The notes beneath the pieces were generated by a model. It ran no database searches, was not told the origin of the DNA, and was given only the letters and a program-made list of their open reading frames with translations. From Halobacteriovoraceae bacterium (GTDB taxonomy: Bacteria > Bdellovibrionota > Bacteriovoracia > Bacteriovoracales > Bacteriovoracaceae): 64,000 bases of DNA. Made by a program: the position numbers and the translations under genes. The DNA lies in contig CAVRCF010000001.1 of NCBI GenBank assembly GCA_963719505.1, positions 960,001 through 1,024,000 on the forward strand, in the 5' to 3' direction. Positions 19,602 to 30,331 of the stretch are shown one piece after another (position 1 is the stretch's first letter; each line of letters begins with the position of its first letter).

Positions 19602-20153
19602 GTGATGAAAAAGACGATCCTCTTACTTCTTATTTCCACTTGTTTGTTTGCTAAAATTAGGAATCCTAAAAAACTATATAAAAAAGTTTTTCCCGCGTTT
19701 AGTGATTCTAAAAGCTATACCGTTGAGGATAATATTTCAGAGGAGCCTGTGAACACCACACTTTTAAAGGCCCTAGATAGTGACAATAAAACGTTGGGAT
19801 TCATTAGAGAGTTGGCAACGACAACAGGTTGTAATAGCCAGTGCCTGCCAATTATAGTGACATTATTTTACGACAAAGATAAAAACTTCTTAACTCTCAA
19901 AAGTCGTCCCGGTCTGACTAAAAAGGATCATGTTCCTTTCACAGAGTCCGATTATAAAGAACTCGAATTTATTCTTGTCCAAAACCCCAAGCCTTTTAAA
20001 AGTGTTGTTCATCCAAAGATGATGGTGGATGCCATCACAAGTGAAACTCTCAAGGTTTATAAGCCCTTTGTGGTAGAGAATGCTGCCTACACAAGTCTGC
20101 GTTTAAATCTTTATAATCAAGACACTCTTAAACAGCTTCAAGATATTAACTAA
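19602..20153 (+). CDS. secreted protein, FMN-binding-like
   Basis: Signal peptide, CNSQC, VDAITSET resembles the DxxSGAT FMN-attachment motif. Confidence 0.5.
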   Translation: MMKKTILLLLISTCLFAKIRNPKKLYKKVFPAFSDSKSYTVEDNISEEPVNTTLLKALDSDNKTLGFIRELATTTGCNSQCLPIIVTLFYDKDKNFLTLKSRPGLTKKDHVPFTESDYKELEFILVQNPKPFKSVVHPKMMVDAITSETLKVYKPFVVENAAYTSLRLNLYNQDTLKQLQDIN

Positions 20154-20154
20154 T

Positions 20155-20706
20155 TTAATAAAATCTATTTTGGTATTGCTGTATAAACTTTAGCGGATTC
20201 AATGACTCTTGATAAATTTCATTTTGATCTATCTCAATAGCATATAAAGCTGCTTCAAAAGTAGAGAGATAATTGTCTTTGGGCTCTTTCCTTAAAAAGT
20301 ACTGTGACTTGATTTCACTCGTAAAACTTACTTTTGGCAAAGAATGCAAAAACTGATTCTCAAAATATATTCGGTTTGCCTTTTTCCAAGTAGCATCGAT
20401 AAAGACAAAGGTATCAAAGTCTTGGTGTGAACTCTCAAAGCTTTTGGCGTCGAGGTGGGGCTTGAAAAGGCAGGCACGGGAAGACTCTATTTGTTCCTTC
20501 AAGTCTCCCGAGATATTAAAGTCTTCTTCTTGATATAAAGAGATATTGTTAAAGGTCAGTTTGGCCATAATTCCAGTATTGAGAATATGTTTAGACTCAT
20601 CTTTACTTTGTAAAATAATAATTTTTTTCTTATTGCTGATGGGAACAATACATTGGCAAAAGCATGCTGCAGTAAGCTTCAGGCATTCGCCACATCTATC
20701 TCTCAT
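20155..20706 (-). CDS. second DTW-domain protein
   Basis: RCGEC...CFC, NTG, DATW, YFLRK, LSTFEA. Confidence 0.85.
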   Translation of the reverse strand: MRDRCGECLKLTAACFCQCIVPISNKKKIIILQSKDESKHILNTGIMAKLTFNNISLYQEEDFNISGDLKEQIESSRACLFKPHLDAKSFESSHQDFDTFVFIDATWKKANRIYFENQFLHSLPKVSFTSEIKSQYFLRKEPKDNYLSTFEAALYAIEIDQNEIYQESLNPLKFIQQYQNRFY

Positions 20707-20712
20707 GGTTGT

Positions 20713-21411
20713 TTAGAATGGCAGAGAGTTTGTCGAAGAGACTTGATATGCTGGATTTATAAAAGCATGAGGGGCAAAAATTCTATTTTGAATCGTGCTA
20801 AGAAGATTATAGAAAGCATTCATATCTGTGCCACTACTAATATGACCAGCATTATATTTTGATGGCTCTACGAAAAGATCATGCATAGGTTTCACTTGCG
20901 AGTTAAACTGAGCAATAACACCCTCTTTCGTTCTTCCTCTTTCAACAACATCTCTTTCTAGCCTTCGTTGAAATCGGATATCCTCAGGAGTTTCTATAAA
21001 GATTGTTTCATCACAGATTTCTAAAATTTGTGGTTGGTTAAGAATTAAGATTCCATCAATGATGACAACTTTTTTTGCTTTTTGGAATTTTGTTCTGTGG
21101 AGCCTTTTGTGAGTAGAAAAATCGTAAAGTGGAATTTCAATATCAAAGCCCAGCTTTAAATCTTGAAGCTGATTGGCCATTAAATCAAAGTCTAAAGAGT
21201 CAGGGTGATCAAAATTAACGGAGCCTCCGTCGTGATCAAACTTCGCAGACTGGTCTATATAGTAATTGTCTTGGTAGAGAACAAATGAAATCTCTGGCCC
21301 TAGCTTTTTTGCTAAAGACTCAGCAAAGAATGTTTTTCCCGAACCACTTCCACCGCCAACACCGAGGATAAATACATCATTCATAATTTCACCTAGTTTG
21401 ATTTTTGTCAT
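20713..21411 (-). CDS. udk: uridine kinase
   Basis: GGGSGSGKT, DNYY, NFDHPDS, RRLERDVVERGR, VKPMH. Confidence 0.93.
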   Translation of the reverse strand: MTKIKLGEIMNDVFILGVGGGSGSGKTFFAESLAKKLGPEISFVLYQDNYYIDQSAKFDHDGGSVNFDHPDSLDFDLMANQLQDLKLGFDIEIPLYDFSTHKRLHRTKFQKAKKVVIIDGILILNQPQILEICDETIFIETPEDIRFQRRLERDVVERGRTKEGVIAQFNSQVKPMHDLFVEPSKYNAGHISSGTDMNAFYNLLSTIQNRIFAPHAFINPAYQVSSTNSLPF

Positions 21412-21531
21412 TGTTATGCAAACTCAATATTTTTGCAAGGCAATATAAAAAGGTGTGTAATATTTATCTTTTGAATATTAGATACTTAGAGGTTTTGAAT
21501 TTAGATTCTCTCTGAGCTAAGATAATCCATT

Positions 21532-22467
21532 ATGCTAAGAAGACTTTTTAACAACCGACATTTTGCTACAATTGTTCCTTCTCTTTTTAGAAAAGTAGAG
21601 CCTTTGGATTTTCAAAGGGTTGAGTTTAAAACATGGGATAATGATTTTATTCATTTGGATGAGATCAGAAAAAATAACAAACGAGTTGTGATCATTCTCC
21701 ATGGACTGGAAGGTTCAGCGAAACAGCATTACGTTTTATCTCAGGCGCGATCTTTGTCAGCAGAGAATTTTGATATTATCGCCGTTAACTTTAGAACCTG
21801 CAGTGGAGTGATGAATAAAACAACAACACTTTACCATTCTGGTGAAACAAAAGATCTGGCAAGTGTTGTCGAGTACGCAAAAGAAACATACAAAGAGCTT
21901 CACCTCATCGGCTTTAGCCTAGGGGGGAATGTACTTTTAAAGTACTTGGGAGAGACTAAGACCAAGGCTATAAAGTCAGCCGCCGCTTTCTCAGCTCCAA
22001 TTAGTTTGGAAAGTTGTGCCGAAGAACTCGACCTAGGTTTTAATAAGGTTTATGCTAGGCACTTCATGTTTACACTTTCAAAAAAAGTCTCTTATATTCA
22101 AAAGACCTATCAAGATAACAAGATAAGATCAGTAAATCCAAAAGAGCTCAAGTCGTTCTTTGATTTTGACCATCTCGTAACGGCACCTCTTCACGGTTTT
22201 GAAAGTGCAAAAGACTACTGGGATAAATCCAGCTCACTCCAGTTTTTAAAAGACATAGAGATTCCCACTCTTTTGATGAATGCAAAAGATGATCCTTTTT
22301 TGGGGCGAAAGTGCTATCCAAAACCACAGGCTATTGGCAATCCAAATATGTTTTTTGAGTACCCAAAAGTAGGTGGCCACGTGGGATTTACCAACGGATC
22401 TTTGCACGGCGAAAATCTTATGGATATGAAGGCAAAATCTTTTCTGATGAAACACTCAAGTTATTGA
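21532..22467 (+). CDS. YheT-family alpha/beta hydrolase
   Basis: HGLEGS, YHSG, GFSLGG, AKDDPF, GGHVGF. Confidence 0.9.
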   Translation: MLRRLFNNRHFATIVPSLFRKVEPLDFQRVEFKTWDNDFIHLDEIRKNNKRVVIILHGLEGSAKQHYVLSQARSLSAENFDIIAVNFRTCSGVMNKTTTLYHSGETKDLASVVEYAKETYKELHLIGFSLGGNVLLKYLGETKTKAIKSAAAFSAPISLESCAEELDLGFNKVYARHFMFTLSKKVSYIQKTYQDNKIRSVNPKELKSFFDFDHLVTAPLHGFESAKDYWDKSSSLQFLKDIEIPTLLMNAKDDPFLGRKCYPKPQAIGNPNMFFEYPKVGGHVGFTNGSLHGENLMDMKAKSFLMKHSSY

Positions 22468-22569
22468 AATGACAAAAGCCATTTCCACTGAGTTGATTTA
22501 CAGAATCACAGCTTTTTGAGATACTCAAATCTTTCACACACCAGTTTTTAAGAGGCATCGAGGCAATTA

Positions 22570-25500
22570 ATGAAGAATCCTTTGCAGTATCCAGAGCACT
22601 CGGTTGAGAAATCCCATCCAGACAGCTTTGTTCACCTACATTTGCACACTCAGTATTCTCTTCTCGATGGAGCTCTAAGACTTGATGATCTGTTTGAGAC
22701 GGCCAAGCAACAAGGTGTGCCTGCGATAGCGATGACCGATCATGGAAATATGTTTGGGGCGATTGACTTTTATAAGAAGGCTTTAAAAGCTGGTATCAAA
22801 CCCATTCTTGGATCTGAGGTTTATTTTACACCTGGTTCCAGATTTGACAGGCGTGCTCCAAAAAATACTAAAACGATTGACTCTCAAGATGAAGTCGAGG
22901 GTAAGACATCAGATTCACCACTTGGTTATTCTTTGTAAAAACTATAAGGGATATCAAAATCTCTGTAAGCTTCTGTCTCAAGCTTATCTTGAAGGTTTTT
23001 ATTATAAACCAAGAATTGATATTGAACTTCTTAAAGAGTATTGCGAAGGTCTTATCGCCACAACAGCGTGTTTGAAAGGAGAGGTGGCGTATAACTTTTT
23101 TACCGGACAGCGATGATAAAGCGCACAAGCAATTCAAAAGCTTCACGATGTTTTCCAAGACGATTTTTATTTAGAAATCCAAAGACATGGTCTCGAGGAA
23201 GAAGCCGTTTACGATCAAATAATTGATTACTCTAAAGAAACATAATATAAAACTTGTCGCCACTAACGACTGCCATTATTTGACTAAAGAAGATGCAGCG
23301 GCTCAAGAAGTCCTTCTTTGTGTCCAGACGGGTAAAACATTTGTAGACGAAAAACGGATGAGCTTAACGACGGATGAGTTTTATTTTAAATCTCCTGAAC
23401 AAATGCGCGAAGCTTTTAAAGATATTCCAGAAGCTTGTGACATACTTTAGAAATTGCTGACAAATGTAATATCGAAATTACTTGGCAGGATGATGATGGA
23501 AATCAAATTTATCACCTTCCAGACTTTGATCGTTTTATTGATACAGGTGAGACGACAGAGCCTTACTTTATTCGTACCTCAAAAGAGGGGCTTGAGAAAA
23601 GATTTAAAGGTCCCCACTTTAGAGACATCGTCTCTCAAGATAATTGGGAGAGTGAACTCAAGCAGGTTTATTACGATAGGTTGCAAGTTGAGCTTGATAC
23701 TATCCTACAGATGGGGTTTCCAGGCTACTTTCTGTATCGTTGCGGACTTTATTCAGTGGTCAAAGGATAATGATATTCCGGTAGGTCCTGGTCGTGGTTC
23801 TGGAGCTGGTTCACTTGTGGCTTATTCTCTTCATATTACCAACATGAATCCGCTTCCTTATAACCTTCTCTTTGAGCGATTTATAAATCTTGAACGTATT
23901 TCTATGCCAGACTTTGATATTGATTTCTGCCAAGATAGAAGGCCTGAAGTTATTGAGTATGTGACACAAAAATATGGTGCAAGAGAAAGTCGGACAAATT
24001 ATTACCTTTGGAAAGCTGCAACCAAAAGCTGTTATTCGAGATGTATCAAGGGTTTACGGTCTTCCTTATGCAGAGACTGATGCTCTCGCTAAACTTAGTT
24101 CCGGATGAACTTGGGATGACTTTGACTAAAGCTCTTGAGATGGAGCCAAGTTTCAAGTGAGCTCGACAGAAAAAGATCCAAAGATCAGACGAATTATTCA
24201 AATTTCTAAAAGGCTAGAAGGACTCCTAAGGCATGCCTCAATTCACGCAGCCGGGGTTATCATTACTAATGAGCCACTTGTTAACTACTGTCCACTTTAT
24301 AAAGGAAGAGAAGGGGAGCAGGTTGTTCAGTTTGATAAAGATTTCTCTGAAGAGATTGGACTCGTTAAAGTTTGACTTTTTAGGACTTAAAACTCTGACC
24401 GTTATTCAAAATGCACAGAAATTTATTAAAAGAGATCATGATAAAAGACTTTGATATTGAATCTATTGATATGGAAGATCAAAAGTGTCTATGACTATAT
24501 TTCAAAAGGTAACACTACTGGTGTCTTCCAACTAGAGTCTTCTGGAATGAAAGATCTGTGCTCGAGACTTCAGCCGGGAACGATTGACGATATTACCGCT
24601 ATCAATGCTCTCTACCGACCAGGTCCTATGGGTCTTGGAATGCACGATGAGTTTATTGAAAGAAAATTTGGAAGAAAAGAAGTTGATTATTTCTTTGAAG
24701 GTGAAAAAAGTTTAGAGCCTGTTCTCTATGACACTTACGGGATTATTGTTTATCAAGAGCAGGTTATGAACATTGCTCGAACAGTTGGTGGATACTCCCT
24801 TGGTGAAGCTGATATGCTCAGACGTGCCATGGGGAAAAAGAAAGAAGAAGAGATGGCCAGCCATCGAGAAATTTTTCTTAAAGGTGCAAAAGAGCGAGGC
24901 TATGACCTTAAAAAAGCGGAAGAGATTTATGACCTTATGGCCGAGTTTGCTAAATATGGATTTAATAAGTCCCATGCTGTGGCCTACGCTGTTATTGCCT
25001 ATCAAACGGCTTTTCTAAAACTTTATTACCCAGCTTCTTTCTACGCAGCACTGCTTGGAACAGAGATGAACAATATGGACAAGGTCACGATGTATATCAA
25101 CGATGCTAGAGTCATGATATTGAAATTCTTCCACCAGATGTCAATGAATCTCTCTATCTGTTTAACGTTATTGGTAATGATGTAAGATTCGGTATGGGTG
25201 CCATTAAAAACGTTGGAGCCTAGTCCGGTTGCAGCTATCATTGCTGAAAGAGATAAGAACGGACCATTTAAAGGCTTTATTGATTTCTGTGATCGAGTGA
25301 GCATGAGAATCAATCAATAAGAGAACAATTGAATCTTGATTAAAGTAGGGGCTTTTGATGAGTGTGAAAAACTGAATCGAAAAACCTTACTTGAAAACGT
25401 TGAGACAATCGTTGCTTTTGCGAAGAAAAAACAAGATGAAAAAGCTCAACGGTCAGGTGAATCTTTTTGATATGGGGGATGACTTTGGTGAAACTAAAGA

Positions 25501-26260
25501 AGAGATGCTTGGATATCAATGAAGTCACGACTTTGATGAAAAAGAAAAACTTGGTTATGAACAAGAGCTTTTAGGTATTTATGTTTCGGGCCATCCTCTA
25601 GATAAGTTCGGAGATATTTTAACAGAAGCTTGTTTCAATGCCAATATCTGAAATTCACGAGTTGCCAAAAATGGCAAGCTCCACCATTTGATTTTAGAAA
25701 TAAGGATGCAAGGAAAAATGATCCATCCAAAAGAAACCTTACCATCGCAGGTTTGATCAGTGAGAAGAAAGCCATTATCACCAAAAAAGGTGACAGGATG
25801 GCTTTTGTCACAATTGAAGATCTGTCGGGAAAAATTGAGTGTTTAGTTTTTCCAAAAACATATGCGGAGTATTTTGAAGTTTCTTGAAAGTGATGAACCT
25901 TTGGTCATTGAAGGTTATGTAAGACTTTCAGAAGATAGAAGAAGTTTCTTCGTCAATAAGATCAGGCTCGTAGACGATGAAGCGGATGCACGAGTGACGG
26001 CAGTTGTAGTGAAACTTGAAACAGCAAATCTAAACGATTATACGCTACCAAAGCTCAAGCAGGTTCTCTTAAGTTATAGAGGCTCTGTGCCAGCTCACCT
26101 TGTCTTTGAATCAGTTGAGGGTAAAGCTAAGATGAATCTTGGGGAAAACTTTCTTGTAAACCCAACACCTCAGTTAGCGGCGAAAATAAACGAGATTACA
26201 AATACAAGTTCAGTTAGTTTTTTTACTGATGGTAAAATGGAAGAAATTACGCCACAATAA
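22570..26260 (+). pseudogene. dnaE: DNA polymerase III alpha subunit (replicative type), frameshifted about 20 times as given; likely sequencing/assembly error
   Basis: Fragments join into a full-length Dna[73 protein letters not shown] fold; single-base indels between about 22900 and 25880. Confidence 0.93.
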
Positions 26261-26285
26261 GATTGAAAATAGATAAAGGATTATT

Positions 26286-27602
26286 ATGTTTAAGTACCTT
26301 GTTATAGGACTTCTTTCACTCTCGGTTTTTGCTGCCTCAGACTTTATTAAGGGTGAAGGTCGATTTTACGCCTCGAGCAGTGATTCTTTAACATTTATAA
26401 AAGAACAAGTTATTCATAATGGCTTTCTTGACGTTATTTCCAAAGAGCTTGAATCGATGGGATTATCAAAGGAAGTTTTTTGGAAAAAGATTGATGAGAA
26501 GTTTGACGCCTCTTTTGCTTCAGTAGAAGCGAGTTTGAAAGAAAGATACTCCATCGATTCTAAGGATGGAAAAGCTGACCGAGCAGGATATAATAAAGCG
26601 CTTAGAGAGAAAAAATTAATCGCAAAGAAAAACTTTGCAAATTTAAAACGAGTTATTCAGTCTTTTAGTATACAAAGATATACTCGTTCTCAGCAAGACC
26701 CCAATGCTCGTTATGTTAAGCTGCAGGCCAGGGTAAACAGAACGCTGCTAAGAGAAATCTATTATATTTATACTAGGGGAAAGAGATCCTCGGACTATGG
26801 AAGCCTTTTTATCGATGTTGACTATAAGCTTGTTGATGCAGACTACACTGATTTGGGAGTAGAGCAAGGTGAAGACTTTACAAGTGTCGTAAATGAAAAT
26901 TGGCTTAAGTGGTTTAGTGAAAACAAACCTGGAAATATTGCTAATATTCAGATTCTTTCTCAAGATAAAAAATCAAGGCTTGATGAGTTTTTTAAACTTC
27001 CATATGAGCAGATGATAATAGATATTCCGGAGATGTTTGTCAATTCTCTTTATTTGAAAATTGAAATTGTGATTGAAAAAGTTTCTGCAAATCCAAAACT
27101 TAAAGAGTATAGTTATATTTTCTCTGGTGGAGGTTATCTCCTTGATCTGCAATCAAATAATATTATCGGGTCGATGACTTTTGAAAAAGAAGAAAAGAAG
27201 TATAGAAAGCTAGAGTTTTCTAAACTTTCAACTGTCTTGGCAAACTATGTTTACAGAATGCCTTTTGGAAAGTTTGAAAAATTAAAAAGAAGAATTAAAA
27301 ATATTCCACCTATTAATAGTATTCAGCGTATCTCACTTTTTGATTTTTCCAATATGGATGTCGTAGACGATTTCCTCGAACTTCTTAAAGGAAGGGGCAT
27401 AAAGTATTCACTTAATGCAAGACTTGAGTCAATTGGTTCAAACAGGGCTGAGATTGTTGTTTTCATGGATGGCGAAACAGCTGACTTAAAGACTCTCTTA
27501 TCTGAGCTTCAAGCGGCAAAAAGTGATCTAAAATTCGACTTTATTGATACAGATAACACTCTTGGGGTAAAATTTATTAAGGCAGAGCCCGTTAAAAAAT
27601 AA
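26286..27602 (+). CDS. secreted hypothetical protein
   Basis: Signal peptide (SVFA), AGGA RBS. Confidence 0.7.
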   Translation: MFKYLVIGLLSLSVFAASDFIKGEGRFYASSSDSLTFIKEQVIHNGFLDVISKELESMGLSKEVFWKKIDEKFDASFASVEASLKERYSIDSKDGKADRAGYNKALREKKLIAKKNFANLKRVIQSFSIQRYTRSQQDPNARYVKLQARVNRTLLREIYYIYTRGKRSSDYGSLFIDVDYKLVDADYTDLGVEQGEDFTSVVNENWLKWFSENKPGNIANIQILSQDKKSRLDEFFKLPYEQMIIDIPEMFVNSLYLKIEIVIEKVSANPKLKEYSYIFSGGGYLLDLQSNNIIGSMTFEKEEKKYRKLEFSKLSTVLANYVYRMPFGKFEKLKRRIKNIPPINSIQRISLFDFSNMDVVDDFLELLKGRGIKYSLNARLESIGSNRAEIVVFMDGETADLKTLLSELQAAKSDLKFDFIDTDNTLGVKFIKAEPVKK

Positions 27603-27623
27603 ATTTAAACCTAAGGTTTTCAA

Positions 27624-28556
27624 ATGGTTAGATCAGCTTCATTACTCATTTTAGTATTTCTATTTCAGTCATGTGCGGCCCTTTTTCCAAAGCCCGAAAG
27701 ACCTAGGTATCCGCGATACAATCAAGCTTATAAAAAGCCACCTCGTGGCTTCGATTCTATTAAAAAGAAAGTTGCTCTGTTGCCTTTTTTCAATGAGTCT
27801 CCTTTTGGAAAAGAAGATCTGGCAGTCACAGCGAGCGAGGAGTTTAGAAAAGAACTCTCTCGTGCTCGCGATTATATTTTTGATGATGAGGGCGCAAGTA
27901 TTTTTGGTGAAAGTCGCGATATCTATGCTGGTGGGGGAATGAAGCTTGCCACGTTAGCAAGGAAAGCAAAGATCTCTGGAATAAATTTAGTTATCTACGG
28001 CCGTATTGTCGATGCGAAAGTAACTCAAAAAGCTGATGAGATCGGGCTTGTAAGAAAGACTCGCTCATATGCTGAATCCATTTTGGAAGTTAAAGTCTTT
28101 GATGTTCAAGCAAATAAAGAAGTTTACTCAAATAAAAAAGATGGGAATGTTAATGACTCCTCTTATAGGCTTTTTAATGCTGAAAGGGAGCAAGCCATTG
28201 AATATCAAAGAGGACTTTTAAGGTACTCCATAAAGGTTGCTGCAAGAAGGTTCGTCCCTGACGTTGCAAAGCTGGGGGCAAAGCTTGATTGGACAGGTAG
28301 AGTCGCAAAGATCATTGGATCTAAAATTTATATCAATGCAGGAAGGATTTCAGGAATTAACAAAGGTGATATTTTAAGAGTTCTAACTGAAGGCTCAGAT
28401 GTCTTTGATCCCGAAACAGGAGCTATGCTTGGTGTAAGTAAGGGACAAGTGAAAGGAACCCTTGAAGTTATAGATTACTTTGGTGAAGATGGCTCTGTGG
28501 CCGTTCTTCACTCCGGAGGAAGCGTCACTGAAGGTGACTTCGTGCAATTGTATTAA
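27624..28556 (+). CDS. lipoprotein with CsgG-like core and FlgT-C-like C-terminal domain
   Basis: Lipobox FQSC; KVALLPF; GRVAKIIGSKIYINAG...GINKGD, DPETG. Confidence 0.6.
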   Translation: MVRSASLLILVFLFQSCAALFPKPERPRYPRYNQAYKKPPRGFDSIKKKVALLPFFNESPFGKEDLAVTASEEFRKELSRARDYIFDDEGASIFGESRDIYAGGGMKLATLARKAKISGINLVIYGRIVDAKVTQKADEIGLVRKTRSYAESILEVKVFDVQANKEVYSNKKDGNVNDSSYRLFNAEREQAIEYQRGLLRYSIKVAARRFVPDVAKLGAKLDWTGRVAKIIGSKIYINAGRISGINKGDILRVLTEGSDVFDPETGAMLGVSKGQVKGTLEVIDYFGEDGSVAVLHSGGSVTEGDFVQLY

Positions 28557-28681
28557 ATTGCTTGTGCTGACCGACTTCTCGGACCTCTTTAATTCCCATG
28601 CCTTGTAAAATATTCTAATGCCTTTCATGAAATGCTCTTAGGTGGTAAAAAGCTATAACTAAGAACTCAAAGGTTTTATTT

Positions 28682-29062
28682 ATGAAAAAGATTCTATTTC
28701 TTTCACTCTTATTAGTGAGCTCATATTCATTTGCAAATCAACTTTGTACCATTCATATCGATGCCAAGGGCTTTAGCTCTGCTCAAGTATCAAGAGTTGC
28801 AAAACTATTGGATAGATTAAATTATGATGTTGTAAGCAGATCTGAAAAAGCAAACTACAAAGTGAAGCTTGAAAAAAAGAAATACTTTAATATATATGGA
28901 TACCCTTCTTTTTTCATGAGAGAGATTAGTTTAGATTTTTATAGTAATGGGGTTAAGCTTTACGAAACATTTTCAAGTGATGGCTTTCCTGTTTATCAAG
29001 CTTTAGGTGAAGTGCTAGATGATCTTGAAGTAAATGAAAAATTCTGTTCAAAATACTATTAA
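28682..29062 (+). CDS. secreted hypothetical protein
   Basis: Signal peptide SYSFA, terminal Cys pair. Confidence 0.65.
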   Translation: MKKILFLSLLLVSSYSFANQLCTIHIDAKGFSSAQVSRVAKLLDRLNYDVVSRSEKANYKVKLEKKKYFNIYGYPSFFMREISLDFYSNGVKLYETFSSDGFPVYQALGEVLDDLEVNEKFCSKYY

Positions 29063-29121
29063 TTTAAAATTGTTTGGTTGTTTTAGTTCCTCATTCATTT
29101 ATCTTGTACGGATTAAGACTT

Positions 29122-29151
29122 AAAAAAAAAGCCCACTAAATAAGCGGGCTT
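29122..29151 (-). terminator. intrinsic terminator
   Basis: AAGCCC...GGGCTT stem with T9 on the minus strand, between convergent genes. Confidence 0.7.
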
Positions 29152-29177
29152 CAAAAACTCTTTATTATATCTTTTTT

Positions 29178-29939
29178 CTATAATTCATCTATAAGGTCGC
29201 CAATGATACTCCCTATGGCGTAGGGAACGGTGTAGGGCCTGTCTGAGTTATTGCCAGAAGTGTGTCCAAATCCAATTTTGTGGGTCCATTCATGAACCAC
29301 ATTACGAGCAACATCTGCGTAATCATAGTTTCTAAAAAATTTATTATTGACCCAAGTTCTAGTTGTATTTGGGTAAGTGTATCCCACAGTTGAATTATTC
29401 TTGTAGTACATTGTAACGTCGACATCGAGTTCATAATCTACTTCAGGAAGAAGGTCTTCTGCCCCTAACATGATTTTATTATATATTTCCTCATTTGTGA
29501 GACCTTCGTTCCAGTTGAACTGTCTCTCGCCCCTCCAAGTATGAGCTAGGACTCTGTCCTTGAATTCCATACTGTTGATAACAATTTTTATCCTCTCGAC
29601 AGCCTCAAGCATTTTCGCTTGCTGATCATCATCAAAGTTTGTCATCTTTATATTTACCGTTAGAGGGTTATCTTCTTGTCCTGGGTCGACTGTAAGAGCA
29701 TTACACTCTCTTGGTTGTTCCGTGGCTGGGTCAATTGATCCATCCGCAATTCCCTGATCGTACTCAAGCATGGCTTCTTCTATATTTAATACACAAGCGG
29801 TTTGATCACCTGTTCCAATTCCTATCGTTCCATCACCTGGTGCTTGTTCACAGGCCACTACTGCTACCAAACTTAATATCATCCCTAATCGTTTCATCCC
29901 GCTCTCCTTAGCTATTGAACTTTCAGTTTTGCATTGCAT
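29178..29939 (-). CDS. zinc metalloprotease lipoprotein (metzincin motif); start may be ATG 29897
   Basis: HEWTHKIGFGH = HExxHxxGxxH; lipobox VVAC; AGGAG before 29897. Confidence 0.78.
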   Translation of the reverse strand: MQCKTESSIAKESGMKRLGMILSLVAVVACEQAPGDGTIGIGTGDQTACVLNIEEAMLEYDQGIADGSIDPATEQPRECNALTVDPGQEDNPLTVNIKMTNFDDDQQAKMLEAVERIKIVINSMEFKDRVLAHTWRGERQFNWNEGLTNEEIYNKIMLGAEDLLPEVDYELDVDVTMYYKNNSTVGYTYPNTTRTWVNNKFFRNYDYADVARNVVHEWTHKIGFGHTSGNNSDRPYTVPYAIGSIIGDLIDEL

Positions 29940-29946
29940 AAACTCT

Positions 29947-29973
29947 ATATCGAAAAGTATAGTGGGATGTTTA
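29947..29973 (-). promoter_or_regulatory. putative sigma28-type promoter
   Basis: TAAA-N15-TTCGATAT on the minus strand. Confidence 0.45.
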
Positions 29974-30101
29974 GTGGTGCGTCATGGGACGGAAATATAT
30001 TCCTAAAAAAGAAATAATTTTGTGTTTTAATCTACACATGAGATAGGGGCAGTTCTACGTGACATAAAGCTGAATGATTTCAGTGCCTTGTAAAGACAGT
30101 G

Positions 30102-30211
30102 AGAGCTAGAAAAAGAAGAGAATTTAAAGAAGTGTAGTGTGAGGTTAAACTTATTCAAGTGTAACCGTAAGGTGGGGTAGTGGAAGAGAAAAGATCCTTT
30201 CTCTAGCTCTA
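30102..30211 (-). ncRNA. candidate structured small RNA or long leader
   Basis: 14-bp terminal helix 30197-30210/30102-30115, apical hairpin 30143-30166, begins at predicted sigma54 +1. Confidence 0.5.
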
Positions 30212-30221
30212 CCCTATATAA

Positions 30222-30238
30222 AGCAAGTGATATGCCAA
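30222..30238 (-). promoter_or_regulatory. sigma54 (-24/-12) promoter
   Basis: TTGGCATATCACTTGCT: TGGCA(T)-N5-TTGC with exact GG-N10-GC spacing. Confidence 0.7.
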
Positions 30239-30331
30239 TTTAAAAGTACCTAAAGCACTAATTTTATTAGAGTTGAAACCAGTCATTCTGAAACCAGGGC
30301 CGTCGGGGCACTGGAGTGGTCCTACAATGAT

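Noticed and set aside
22570-26260. dnaE fragments as a split-intein gene or programmed frameshifting
   Set aside because: No intein motifs or inserted sequence; about 20 shifts of mixed sign without consistent slippery sites
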